From Nitrospinota bacterium (lineage in GTDB: Bacteria; JADFOP01): 64,000 bases of DNA. The notes below the pieces were generated by a model. The model had not been told where the DNA came from and did no database searches. It saw only the letters and a program-made list of their open reading frames with translations. Positions within the stretch are counted from its first letter, which is position 1. Each line of letters starts with the position of its first letter. The position numbers and the translations under genes are program-made. The stretch is taken from positions 3,660 through 67,659 of the forward strand of contig JADFOP010000005.1 of NCBI GenBank assembly GCA_022562795.1. The letters run 5' to 3'. Shown here one piece after another: positions 11,141 through 21,801 of the stretch.

Positions 11141-12223
11141 CTATGGCTCGTCGGTCTGAAGGCGAGCCAAACGCTGGCGGAGGAAATGGTCGGCCAACAC
11201 GATAGCCACCATGGCCTCGGCCACCGGCACCACGCGCGGGCAGACACATGGGTCGTGCCGCCCCTTGACCGAAAGCGTCGTCTCCTCTCCCTCCACCGTC
11301 AGGGTCCGCTGCTCGCGGGCGATTGAGCTTGGGGGTTTGACCGCGATACGGCAGAGAATCGGCATGCCCGTCGAGATCCCGCCAAGCACCCCTCCAGACA
11401 GGTTTGTGGCCGTCCTCACACCCTCCGGCGTCTGGATGAAGGGGTCGTTGGACTCACTCCCCCGCATTCTGGCGCTGGCAAATCCACTGCCGATTTCGAC
11501 CCCTTTTATGGTGGGAATGCTCATCAGGGCTTTAGCCAGGTCGGCATCGATCTTGTCGAAGACGGGCTCCCCAAGGCCGGGAGGAGCGCCTGTGGCCTCC
11601 ACCGCCACCACGCCCCCAATACTATCGCCATCGGCGCGGACCTCCTCGATGAGCTCCAACATTCGCTCGGCCGCCTCGGGGTCGGCACACCGGATGGGGT
11701 TGGTCTCGATGACTGCCTCGTCGAAGGTCTCGGCCACTACATCGCCCACCTGGACCGTGTGGGAGACGACCCGGACCCCTGCCTCCGCCAGAATTTTCTT
11801 AGCGATAACGCCGGCTGTCACCCGTGCGAGGGTCTCGCGGCCCGAGGACCTGCCTCCGCCGCGGTGGTCACGGTGGCCGTACTTGGCCTGATAGGTGAAA
11901 TCGGCGTGGCCGGGCCGAAAGAGATCCCTCAGCTCATCGTAGGCCTTCGGGTCGTGGTCTTTGTTGTAGACAACAAAGGCGATGGGGGTGCCCGTCGTTC
12001 GGCCCTCATAGACCCCCGAGAGAATCTGCACCTGGTCGGCCTCTTGGCGGGAGGTGGTCGCAACGCTCTGGCCGGGTCGGCGACGGGCCATATCGCGCTC
12101 AAAATCCTCCTCCCCAAGAGAGAGCCCTGCAGGGCATCCGTCGACAACGACCCCCAGGCCTACTCCGTGGGACTCACCAAAGGTCGTGACCCGGAAGGTT
12201 TCTCCTATTGTATTGCCCGCCAT
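11141..12223 (-). CDS. aroC: Chorismate synthase
   Basis: [28 protein letters not shown]. Confidence 0.98.
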   Translation of the reverse strand: MAGNTIGETFRVTTFGESHGVGLGVVVDGCPAGLSLGEEDFERDMARRRPGQSVATTSRQEADQVQILSGVYEGRTTGTPIAFVVYNKDHDPKAYDELRDLFRPGHADFTYQAKYGHRDHRGGGRSSGRETLARVTAGVIAKKILAEAGVRVVSHTVQVGDVVAETFDEAVIETNPIRCADPEAAERMLELIEEVRADGDSIGGVVAVEATGAPPGLGEPVFDKIDADLAKALMSIPTIKGVEIGSGFASARMRGSESNDPFIQTPEGVRTATNLSGGVLGGISTGMPILCRIAVKPPSSIAREQRTLTVEGEETTLSVKGRHDPCVCPRVVPVAEAMVAIVLADHFLRQRLARLQTDEP

Positions 12224-12232
12224 AACCTGCCC

Positions 12233-12442
12233 TCACCTCTTACCGGCCACAAGCCGCCGTCCCACCAAATAAAGCGCCAAGGCCCCTTGCCAGGCCTCCA
12301 GGGTCACACCCGTATCCCGCTGAAATTTTGTCGTATCCAGGACCGAGTATGCCGGTCGTCTGGCCGATTGTTCCAGGGCCTCCGTTTTAATAGCCTCCAA
12401 CGGCGCCTCTCCCCTGCCTCCACTGAGAATGAGCCCTTTCAA
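12233..12442 (-). pseudogene. In-frame fusion remnant of glucose-1-phosphate thymidylyltransferase (5') and dTDP-4-dehydrorhamnose reductase (3')
   Basis: MKGLILSGGRG matches the RmlA/RfbA N-terminus; RRPAYSVLDTTKFQRDTGVTLEAWQGALALYL matches the RmlD C-terminus; whole ORF only 69 aa. Confidence 0.75.
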
Positions 12443-12657
12443 AAACGATCACCCCTTTTAGGGTCTCTCCGACCCCTCTCTACGTAGCTCGCACACCGCT
12501 CTCTAGTAGCACTTAAGCGCTGTAATATCAAGGCTAAAATCCCTCCCCAGGCTGGCGCGCAGGCCGGTATCGCTCTACTCTCTTCCAGGCCGACCGTTCG
12601 AAAATCTACCATTGGAGTTGTCACCCGAAGGAAAGTCTGTTGCACGGTCTTACGCAA

Positions 12658-13965
12658 TTAGCGGTCCAGCAGGGCTAAAGATGTCTCTTCGAAGAGGGCG
12701 ATGGCCTCACCCGCCAGGTAGAGGCTTCCGGCGATAAGGCATAGGCCCTCATTGGGCAACTCAGCGAGGGAAGCCTTGAGGGCCGTATGCAGGTCTGGCG
12801 CCACCATGAGGTCTCGGGCCTGCCCGACGGTCCTGGTGGCGACGTCGTGGGGGTCTGCCGAGCGCTCGGGAAAGCTCGAGACCGGCACGAGAACCACCCG
12901 CGAGGCCAGAGGAAATAGGGCCTTCGCCATGCGCAGATAATCCTTGTCTTCGAGAACCCCAAAAACGAGGGTAAGGGGACGGTTGGACCAGAGCGATCGG
13001 ATCTCTTCGGCCAGAGCCAGTGCAGCCATCTCATTGTGTGCTCCATCCACGACCACCAACGGCTCCCGGTTGAGCACCTGGAGGCGTCCCTCCAAGCGAA
13101 CCTTCGAAAGACCATCCCGGACAGCCTCTTCCGACCAAGCAAGCCGCCCCTCCTTGCACAGGAGCCGGTAGGCCCGCACCGCGCAAGCGGCGTTGTCGGC
13201 CTGATAGGCGCCGAGAAGGGGTAAGTGAAGGTCTTCCAGCTTGAGGCCAGCATCCATGTACGTAAAGAGCTGACCCTCATCCATTGTAGCCCCACGCTGA
13301 ACCCGAAACGCACTTCCCAGGACTGAAAGCGGCGCCCGATGTTCGTGGCAGACGGTCTCAACAACCCGGAGGGCTGATCGCGGCTGACGGCCGCAGACCA
13401 CGCTACGGCCGGGCCGAACGATAGCCGCCTTTTCCTTCGCCACCGCCTCCAGGGTGGAGCCTAAAAGATCGGTGTGATCAAGGCCGATTGGGGTAAGCAC
13501 ACAAAGCTGTGGCTCCACCGAATTGACCGCATCCCACCGGCCGCCGAGCCCAACTTCGAGGACGACCCAGTCGGGATCAGCGCCCCTGAAATAGTCTAGC
13601 GCTATGGCCGTTACAAACTCGAAGTAGGTCGCCTCGCCTGCTTTCTCGAAGACCTCCCTCACCCGCTCAAAATGGCGCGCAAAATCCACCTGCGTGATGG
13701 GCTTTCCGTTAATCGCGATCCGTTCACTCAGGCGGCGCAGATGGGGGGAGGTGTAAGTTGCTACAATCGACCCGGATGCGCCCAAAATGCTGGAGAGACA
13801 CGCCGCAACTGACCCTTTTCCGTTGGTCCCGGCTATGGTCACCGCCTGGAGACGTTCCTCCGGATGGTCAAGGGCCTCCAACAGGCGGCGAATACGGTCC
13901 AGGCCCGGACGAACAACGGCAGGATTGAGCTGCTGCAGGAAGGCCTCAATGGCCGAAGCGACCAT
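12658..13965 (-). CDS. folC: Folylpolyglutamate synthase/dihydrofolate synthase
   Basis: IAGTNGKGS, YTSPHL, LEVGLGGRWDAVN, DGAHN. Confidence 0.96.
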   Translation of the reverse strand: MVASAIEAFLQQLNPAVVRPGLDRIRRLLEALDHPEERLQAVTIAGTNGKGSVAACLSSILGASGSIVATYTSPHLRRLSERIAINGKPITQVDFARHFERVREVFEKAGEATYFEFVTAIALDYFRGADPDWVVLEVGLGGRWDAVNSVEPQLCVLTPIGLDHTDLLGSTLEAVAKEKAAIVRPGRSVVCGRQPRSALRVVETVCHEHRAPLSVLGSAFRVQRGATMDEGQLFTYMDAGLKLEDLHLPLLGAYQADNAACAVRAYRLLCKEGRLAWSEEAVRDGLSKVRLEGRLQVLNREPLVVVDGAHNEMAALALAEEIRSLWSNRPLTLVFGVLEDKDYLRMAKALFPLASRVVLVPVSSFPERSADPHDVATRTVGQARDLMVAPDLHTALKASLAELPNEGLCLIAGSLYLAGEAIALFEETSLALLDR

Positions 13966-13971
13966 AGCGTC

Positions 13972-14835
13972 TTAAGAGTCTTTTTCTAAAGGTTTTGCCA
14001 GGAAAAACTTGAGAGATTGGATTAAAGTTTCCTTGAGCTCCCGCCTATCCACTATTTTATCCACCATTCCGTGCTCCAAGAGGAACTCCGACCGCTGGAA
14101 CCCCTCGGGCAGCTTCTGAAGAATGGTCTGCTCGATGACCCGTGGGCCTGCGAATCCGATAAGTGCCCTCGGTTCAGCAAATATGAGGTCCCCCAGCATT
14201 GCGTAGCTAGCCGAGACTCCTCCAGTCGTGGGGTCGGCGCACACCGATATAAAAGGTGTGCCCTGCTCGCTGAGTCGGGCAAGGGCGGCCGATATCTTGG
14301 CCATCTGCATAAGGGAGAGAACGCCCTCCTGCATTCGAGCGCCACCTGAGATGGAGACGATAACGAGGGGCATTTGGTGTTCGATGGCCCTCTCGATAGC
14401 CCGCGTGATTTTTTCCCCAACAGCGCTCGCCATGCTCCCTCCGAGGAAGGCGAACTCCATGATGCAAAGCTGTATGGAGATGCCGCCGAGCTTCGCCTCT
14501 CCACATATAACAGCCTCATTGAGACCGGTCTTCTTCACATTCTCCTTAATGCGGTCTTTGTAGAGTTTGGAGTCCTTAAATCCTAATGGGTCGAGGGAGG
14601 TTATCCCTTGGTCGAACTCCACGAAGGTGTCCGGATCGGCCAACTGCTCCAGGCGCTGATGGGCGCTAATCCGGAAATGGAAATCGCATTTGGGGCAGAC
14701 GTTAAGGTTTTTTTCGAGCTCTTGCTTATAGACGATCTCCTTGCAAGCGTCGCACTTCACCCAAAGCCCCTCGGGCATCTTGACCTTCTTCTCTCGAATT
14801 AGGACCTTAGGCTTAATTTTTTTAAACCACTCCAT
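13972..14835 (-). CDS. accD: Acetyl-CoA carboxylase carboxyltransferase beta subunit
   Basis: Zn finger WVKCDAC...VCPKC, SGGARMQEG, PTTGGVSAS, IGFAGPRVIEQT. Confidence 0.98.
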   Translation of the reverse strand: MEWFKKIKPKVLIREKKVKMPEGLWVKCDACKEIVYKQELEKNLNVCPKCDFHFRISAHQRLEQLADPDTFVEFDQGITSLDPLGFKDSKLYKDRIKENVKKTGLNEAVICGEAKLGGISIQLCIMEFAFLGGSMASAVGEKITRAIERAIEHQMPLVIVSISGGARMQEGVLSLMQMAKISAALARLSEQGTPFISVCADPTTGGVSASYAMLGDLIFAEPRALIGFAGPRVIEQTILQKLPEGFQRSEFLLEHGMVDKIVDRRELKETLIQSLKFFLAKPLEKDS

Positions 14836-14900
14836 AGAATTTCTTCCTGGTGGTCTCGGGGACGCCCAGGCGGATAATACGGGAACCTCCCCTCACACTC

Positions 14901-16463
14901 TTACGGTGTTCCTCTCGGATCTTCCACCTCCCCGGTGGGCTTGCGCTGCCAGTAGATTACCTTGTTCACAGCGTTGAGATAGGCCTTGGCGCTCGCCTTG
15001 ATAATATCTGTCGAGTGGCCGATTCCCGTCGTCGCCTCCCCGTCGTAGAAGGATACCTTGACGACCACTTCGCCCTGCGCATCCTTGCCGCTCGTTACGG
15101 CCCTGATGGAATAAGAGAGCAACCGTCCGGGTATCTCTGTAATGCGATCGATAGCTTGGTACGTCGCATCGACCGGCCCTTCACCGATAGCGGCATCTAG
15201 GAAAACATCCTCGCCCCGGGAGAGCCGAATCGTGGAAGTCGGCACCGTATCGGTCCCGCTGCTGGAATGGAGGTAGACGAGCTTAAAGGTCTCCGGCACC
15301 GGCAATGTATGGTCACGCATAAGCGCCATCAGGTCTTCGTCAAAGACCTCCTTTTTCTTGTCAGCCAGGCGTTTGAAGGCTACGAAGGCGTCGTTCAGCG
15401 CCCCGTCGTCCAATTGAAAGCCCAGCTCCTCCAAGCGCTTGCGAAGGGCGTGGCGCCCCGAATGCTTCCCAAGCACCAGATCGCTCTTTAATTTCCCGAT
15501 CGATTGGGGTGTCATAATCTCGTAGGTGGTGGCATCCATAATGACCCCGTGCTGGTGGATGCCCGCCTCGTGGGCGAAGGCGTTCTTGCCCACAATCGCC
15601 TTGTTGGGCTGGACGGGAATCCCCGTGATCGAAGTGAGCATCTGGCTCGTGCGGTATATTTCGTCGAATTTGATGTTGGTGTAGTGGTGGAGGAAGTCCC
15701 GCCGAACCTGTAAGGCCATGACGAACTCCTCCAAGGAGGCGTTGCCCGCCCGCTCGCCGATTCCGTTGATGGTGCACTCGACCTGTCGGGCTCCGTTTTG
15801 AATCGCCGACAGAGAGTTGGCTACGGCCAGGCCCAGATCATCGTGGCAGTGGACGGAAAGGACGGCTTGTTCAATATTAGACACACGCTCGCGGATCGTG
15901 GCAATACGGGCCCCAAATTCATCCGGCGTAGCATAGCCCACGGTGTCGGGTATGTTAACCGTCGTGGCTCCAGCGTCGATGACCGCGGTGAGCACTTCAC
16001 AGAGGAAATCCATGTCCGTCCGCGCAGCATCCTCCGGGCTGAACTCCACATCGTCGGTATACTGACGGGCGTGGCGAACCCCGGCCACGGCCGCCTCAAC
16101 AACCTCCTTAGGGGTCATCTTCAGCTTATGTTCCATGTGAATCGGGCTAGTGGCAATGAACGTGTGGATGCGCCCCTGGCGGGCATGCTGGAGAGCTTCC
16201 CAGGCACGATCGATGTCCTTCAAGACCACCCGCGAGAGTCCAGCAATAGTAACCCCGGGGGCATCGACAGTCTGGGCGACGGCCTTGACCGCCTCGAAAT
16301 CTCCTTCCGAGGCGATGGGAAATCCCGCTTCGATGACATCCACCTGGAGCCGTGCAAGCCGGTCGGCCATCTGGACCTTTTCGTCAAGGTTCATACTGAA
16401 GCCGGGCGACTGCTCGCCGTCGCGCAACGTGGTGTCGAAAATTTTAATGCGTTCACCCTTCAT
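14901..16463 (-). CDS. leuA: 2-isopropylmalate synthase
   Basis: [42 protein letters not shown]-terminal regulatory domain. Start moved to ATG 16463 (MKGERIKIF) after a purine-rich SD-like stretch. Confidence 0.97.
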   Translation of the reverse strand: MKGERIKIFDTTLRDGEQSPGFSMNLDEKVQMADRLARLQVDVIEAGFPIASEGDFEAVKAVAQTVDAPGVTIAGLSRVVLKDIDRAWEALQHARQGRIHTFIATSPIHMEHKLKMTPKEVVEAAVAGVRHARQYTDDVEFSPEDAARTDMDFLCEVLTAVIDAGATTVNIPDTVGYATPDEFGARIATIRERVSNIEQAVLSVHCHDDLGLAVANSLSAIQNGARQVECTINGIGERAGNASLEEFVMALQVRRDFLHHYTNIKFDEIYRTSQMLTSITGIPVQPNKAIVGKNAFAHEAGIHQHGVIMDATTYEIMTPQSIGKLKSDLVLGKHSGRHALRKRLEELGFQLDDGALNDAFVAFKRLADKKKEVFDEDLMALMRDHTLPVPETFKLVYLHSSSGTDTVPTSTIRLSRGEDVFLDAAIGEGPVDATYQAIDRITEIPGRLLSYSIRAVTSGKDAQGEVVVKVSFYDGEATTGIGHSTDIIKASAKAYLNAVNKVIYWQRKPTGEVEDPRGTP

Positions 16464-16518
16464 AGTCCTTGTCCTCTCTCGTCCCCCGGCCTGAGAGCCG
16501 ACCGGGAAAAGGTTGATG

Positions 16519-16547
16519 ATTCTACCAAACCCACTTCGACAACGCAA
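16519..16547 (-). promoter_or_regulatory. Candidate sigma70 promoter downstream of the T-box terminator
   Basis: TTGCGT-N17-TAGAAT with an extended -10 TG, between the T-box terminator and leuA. Confidence 0.45.
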
Positions 16548-16614
16548 CCCTAAGGACAGCTTCGGGCGACCGCTTCTCTGGGATGCTCCAGATTGCGCCC
16601 ATTTGCCCTCCTCT

Positions 16615-16875
16615 CAATAAGAAAAGCCCTCGTCCCGAGGGACGAGAGCAAAGCTCCCGTGGTACCACCCTCTTTTAGCACCCGCGCCTAGCAAGGCGGA
16701 AGCGCCCTTCTTTTAGCCCTTGACGCAGGCATCACGGCGCGAGCTAGACCCTGGCTTAGGACTTCACCCGCGCGGCTCGAGAGGCGAGTTCAGCATGTCC
16801 GAGGACCGGCTCCCAGCAACCACCGGCTCTCTGAGCCTCGGAGTTCCGCCTACTATTCCTCCGTCAACGCCTTTC
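16615..16875 (-). promoter_or_regulatory. Leucine T-box riboswitch upstream of leuA
   Basis: Minus strand: stem I with AGAGAGCCGGTGGTTGCTGGGAGCCGGT, specifier GAA-CTC (Leu codon CUC at 16788-16786), T-box GAGGGTGGTACCACGGGAG pairing with CTCTCGTCCCTC, then a terminator hairpin and U tract. Confidence 0.92.
16619..16649 (-). terminator. T-box intrinsic terminator
   Basis: GCTCTCGTCC-CTCG-GGACGAGGGC followed by TTTTCTT on the minus strand. Confidence 0.85.
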
Positions 16876-16901
16876 CTATTTAGGAATTTAATAGGCCGCA
16901 A

Positions 16902-17630
16902 CTACTCTGTCAAGTCCGTTACGGCTTCACGCCGCTCGCGAACCTGGAGGAACGTCCACTCCATAGGCCCCGAGACGGCGTAGGCTAAAAATGCCCCGAA
17001 AAGAGCAACCTCTGGGATAAGAACGAATATATACAATGCAAGGACGGCGGCGAGAAAGACCTCAAAGGGCTTCCGCCGCCAAAGAGTCATCTTCTTAAAA
17101 CTTCGATACCGAATAGCGCTGACCATGAAACCAGCTAGAATGTAGAGCCCCAAGGCAACAATGATCGGTTTGATAGCCGCCGCCTTCGGCACCTCAAGGA
17201 CAAAGATGACGTAGGAGGCAACAAGCCCGGCCGCCGCCGGAATAGGGAGCCCGGTGAAGCGGTTCGTGGTCGTCTCGGCGACCTGGACGTTGAAGCGTGC
17301 CAGCCTTATAGCTCCACACAGAACGAAGAGGAAGACCGCCAGCCAACCAACACGGCCAAAGGGCTTGAGGCTCCAAGTATAGAGGAGCAACGCCGGGGCC
17401 ACGCCGAACGAAATGAGGTCGGCCAGGGAGTCGTACTCCAGCCCGAAGTCGGTGCTCGTTTTCGTGATGCGTGCCACCCGCCCATCGAGCGTATCGAAGA
17501 GAATGGCCACGAGAATAGCTACAGCGGCCCGGTAGGGCATGCCGTTGTAGGCGGCTATTATCGCGTAAAAGCCGCAAAAACAATTGCCTGTCGTAAACAG
17601 GCTCGGAATTATTTTAATGCCTCGTTTCAC
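16902..17630 (-). CDS. pssA: CDP-diacylglycerol--serine O-phosphatidyltransferase
   Basis: CDP-alcohol motif DTLDGRVAR...GLEYDSLADLISFGVAP, RLARFN, FTGLPIPAAA. Confidence 0.95.
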   Translation of the reverse strand: MKRGIKIIPSLFTTGNCFCGFYAIIAAYNGMPYRAAVAILVAILFDTLDGRVARITKTSTDFGLEYDSLADLISFGVAPALLLYTWSLKPFGRVGWLAVFLFVLCGAIRLARFNVQVAETTTNRFTGLPIPAAAGLVASYVIFVLEVPKAAAIKPIIVALGLYILAGFMVSAIRYRSFKKMTLWRRKPFEVFLAAVLALYIFVLIPEVALFGAFLAYAVSGPMEWTFLQVRERREAVTDLTE

Positions 17631-18307
17631 GTCGCTCTCGCTGCCTCCTCAGGCGCCAGGCGAGCTATTATGGTGCTTCCGCCCTTGACCTTTGCCCCTT
17701 CTTGGACCAACAACGTCGCCGAAGCCGGCAGATCCACCTCCACGCGGGACCCGAAACGTATCAACCCGATCCGTTGGCCTCGCTCCAGTGAGTCGCCTGG
17801 GCCGACCCAGCAGACGATCCGCCTTGCCAAGAGGCCCGCTATTTGCCTAACGACAATCGGCGTCCCACCAGCGTTGAAAAGAATCGAATTGCGTTCGTTG
17901 GACTGAGAGGCCTCTCCTCGAAATGCAGGGAGAAATTTCCCCGGCGTATACTCCGTACGCTGAACATCGCCCCCGCACGGCGCGCGGTTTATATGGACGT
18001 CAAATAGCGAAAGAAAAATTTTTACCGTTTGAACCTCGCCTCCCAGCTCCGGACACCCATCGCTTTTGCCGACAGCGACCACCCGCCCGTCCGCCGGTGA
18101 GACTACACACCCAACCGCCTGGGGGATCGGCCGCTCCGGGTCTCTGAAAAAAAACCCTACGAAGCCTGCCGCGCCGAGCCCTATCCAGCCAATGATGCTC
18201 CAGCCGAATGCAAGGGCGATAACCCCTACAACGAGAGGGGGCGTCAGGAAAATCCACCCATCACGGGCCAGGTAGAGCCACGACGTCCGCCTGCTCGGCT
18301 GCTCCAT
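17627..18307 (-). CDS. psd: Phosphatidylserine decarboxylase proenzyme (short type)
   Basis: FFRDPER, SPADG, DVHINRAP, NERN, autocleavage RFGSRV; start placed at ATG 18307. Confidence 0.95.
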   Translation of the reverse strand: MEQPSRRTSWLYLARDGWIFLTPPLVVGVIALAFGWSIIGWIGLGAAGFVGFFFRDPERPIPQAVGCVVSPADGRVVAVGKSDGCPELGGEVQTVKIFLSLFDVHINRAPCGGDVQRTEYTPGKFLPAFRGEASQSNERNSILFNAGGTPIVVRQIAGLLARRIVCWVGPGDSLERGQRIGLIRFGSRVEVDLPASATLLVQEGAKVKGGSTIIARLAPEEAARAT

Positions 18308-18393
18308 AATAAGGCGGCTCCCAGGGAAAGGCAACCAAAAATTCGCAAGAGCCCGCCAGCGTATGGCCTATGACTCCCGCCCAGGGCCTGGCT

Positions 18394-19434
<1,041 letters not shown>

Positions 19435-19452
19435 TCACGTCGCCTGGACGGC

Positions 19453-19512
19453 CTAGCGCTCTTTGAGCGTCACCGAGCCACGAGCTATGGCTGCTTTGCC
19501 CGTCCTATCGAC
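19453..19512 (-). pseudogene. ilvN: 3' remnant of the acetolactate synthase small subunit
   Basis: Minus strand reads VDRTGKAAIARGSVTLKER* just upstream of ilvC; RTGxxAxxRG is the IlvN/IlvH C-terminal motif. No ACT domain upstream. Confidence 0.65.
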
Positions 19513-19538
19513 TACGTGTTTGAAGTTGGGTTTGATTG

Positions 19539-19593
19539 GGCTAAGGGCAGACTCATGCTCATGTGTCTTCCAATTCATTGTCTGCCCTTAGCC
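19539..19593. repeat. Perfect 14-bp inverted repeat at the junction between the ThDP-enzyme gene and the ilvN remnant
   Basis: GGCTAAGGGCAGAC (19539-19552) / GTCTGCCCTTAGCC (19580-19593). Confidence 0.85.
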
Positions 19594-19601
19594 GACAGAT
19601 C

Positions 19602-21371
19602 CTACAGATAGAAATCGGTTGTCAAGTTCAACAGTCGGGCGTTAAGACCGACCACCTGCTCAGTATCGACAGGGATTTCAATCAGAATGGACTGGCCCTT
19701 CGTCTCGTAGCAGGCGTCCATGATTTCTTTCAGGTTGCTTAGGTCGGGCTTGACGTTGTAGCCATCCCAGCCATGGGCCTTCGCCGCCTGAACGAAATCG
19801 ATGTTTGGCAATTTCGAATGGTATCGGGGCTTCTCCACCGTCGGGATGATGAGCTCAAGCCCCTTATCAACAATCCCGTAAGTTCCGTTGTTGATGATGA
19901 ACAGGCGAAGGTCCATCCACGCCGCGTCAGCCAAGCAGCCGCCGAAGAGCCGCCAGCACCCGTCCCCGGAGAAGATAAAGGTGTGGAGCGACGGGTCGGC
20001 CATCTTCGCCCCTACGCCCATCCCGAAGGCCCCGCCCATGGCCGAGCCGTGATGACCGGACCAGAACGGAATATTCGGGTGAGGTCGCTGGGTCACATAC
20101 TGCCGGTCCTTATAGGAGATGCAGACGTCGTCGAACCCGATGCTGTTGGGCTGCCAGTACTGGGGGAGCTCCTCGTAGAAGGCCATGAAGTCAACACAGT
20201 CCTTGCGGACGTCTCGCCAGACCTCCCGGTCGTTTAAATTATCATAGGTCGGGGTGTCCGGCCGGTCCTTATCGACGCCCATCGCCTTAAGCTGCGAGAT
20301 GACCTCATGAAGCGTCAGGCCAATGTCGCCCCGGACCTGCCGGTAATCGCCCGTAACCCGGTGGGACAAATCGCCGTTCATATGGCCGTAGCCCGACACA
20401 TGCTCGCCGAAGTGCCACGTGCACTTGGCCTTGATCTTCTCGAGGTTGATAGAGTACTCCCCGGCGCAGAAGCCGAGGGTGATGCAGATGTCCGCCTCGG
20501 GGTCCATATTCTTCCAGAGCTCCATGCCTTTTTCATTCCCGCCCATCATGATGTAGCCGTAGCCGTAGGGGTTGTCAGGATCGACGGCATTGGCGCCGTT
20601 CATGGACCAAATGGTCGGAGCCTTTAGAAGCGTAGAGAGCTCGGTGCTTAGCTCTTGGATGTTCGGGTAGTAGGCGGCCTCCTCCCCGACGTAAATTACG
20701 ACCCGGCGCCCCTTGACCTGCTCCGGGAACTCGGCCAGGAAACGCTCCACATCGGCCTTATTATAGGTCCGGGCCTTATCCCGTTTTGGAACATGGAGCT
20801 GAATGTCTCTGGAGAGGACGTCGGGATGGAACGCGATCGCAACGGGCTTCTTCTGGTGTAGGAGCTCCTGGACTTTCGTGAGGTCTTCCTCGAGCCGGTT
20901 ATGGTTGTCGATGACAATACAGGCTTCCCCGATCTCGGCCTTTAGTTGCGGGACGATGTGCATCCCATGTTCCGACACGTCCTGCAAGGGTGAATCCCCA
21001 ATAGATGTCGTCGAGTTCAAGGCGAGGAGATACAAAGAGGGGATGTCGTGAACTTTCGCCTCGGTGATACCACTCGCGCCCAGTTTCGTGGCCGCTCCGG
21101 TGGTCGTGAAGCAGCAGCCAACATTGCCAGAGGCCATATAGTAGCCAATTGGCACGAAACCTGACGCATACTCCCCCATCGTTAACATCCGAGGAACGCC
21201 ATCCGTTATTTGCGACATTTCCGTAAGCGGCTCTAAATACTTGGTGGTGTGGATAATTCCACCCCCATTGACGCCGGCGTAATGGACGATCCCCCACTCC
21301 CGCAGAGTCTCGATCAAGGCATAGTTGCCGACGTGTGTCTCCAGGCCTGGAGTACCCGCTTTTATAGTCAT
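19602..21371 (-). CDS. Divergent thiamine-diphosphate-dependent enzyme (acetolactate synthase/decarboxylase superfamily)
   Basis: Three-domain ThDP architecture: conserved Glu in TMGEYASG, TTGAAT, and Mg/ThDP motif FSGDGCW...IINNGTYG. The usual AHAS RHEQ and RFDDR motifs are not present. Confidence 0.85.
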   Translation of the reverse strand: MTIKAGTPGLETHVGNYALIETLREWGIVHYAGVNGGGIIHTTKYLEPLTEMSQITDGVPRMLTMGEYASGFVPIGYYMASGNVGCCFTTTGAATKLGASGITEAKVHDIPSLYLLALNSTTSIGDSPLQDVSEHGMHIVPQLKAEIGEACIVIDNHNRLEEDLTKVQELLHQKKPVAIAFHPDVLSRDIQLHVPKRDKARTYNKADVERFLAEFPEQVKGRRVVIYVGEEAAYYPNIQELSTELSTLLKAPTIWSMNGANAVDPDNPYGYGYIMMGGNEKGMELWKNMDPEADICITLGFCAGEYSINLEKIKAKCTWHFGEHVSGYGHMNGDLSHRVTGDYRQVRGDIGLTLHEVISQLKAMGVDKDRPDTPTYDNLNDREVWRDVRKDCVDFMAFYEELPQYWQPNSIGFDDVCISYKDRQYVTQRPHPNIPFWSGHHGSAMGGAFGMGVGAKMADPSLHTFIFSGDGCWRLFGGCLADAAWMDLRLFIINNGTYGIVDKGLELIIPTVEKPRYHSKLPNIDFVQAAKAHGWDGYNVKPDLSNLKEIMDACYETKGQSILIEIPVDTEQVVGLNARLLNLTTDFYL

Positions 21372-21612
21372 TGATCCTCCTCCTTTTGAAAATTGACTGC
21401 CCTATGCACCGTCACCTTCTCGAAAAATGGCACATATTTGTTTCCAAAGGTTGAATGATAACTGAAGGTTGGAAATAAACTAACCCTTCCCTCACCCCTT
21501 TGTCAATAAAAAACTTGAGGTTTCCAACGTTTGATTTTGGGGGCGCCTCGGCGGCGGGAGCTCGGGGATGCCTGTCATCGGCTCGGGCGCCCTGCTTTTT
21601 GTGTGATGTAGC

Positions 21613-21693
21613 CCGCCTGAGGTCCGCCTGAGGCGAATGGGTGTCCGCCTAAAAAGGTGTCGGGGTTCCGCCTTAGATCACCCTGAGGCGGAA
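21613..21693. repeat. Short palindromic CCGCCTGAGG repeat cluster
   Basis: CCGCCTGAGGTCCGCCTGAGGCG (21613-21635) and TTCCGCC...GGCGGAA (21666-21693); a related copy lies at 47183-47208. Confidence 0.6.
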
Positions 21694-21801
21694 GGCGAAT
21701 TGACCGGGGTGGGGTTTTCATTCCCTCTCCTGTTGTATATCCTAAGAGGCGCTATTCTACGACCACATGGAACGCTTCATTGGGCAACATGAGGAGGGGA
21801 A

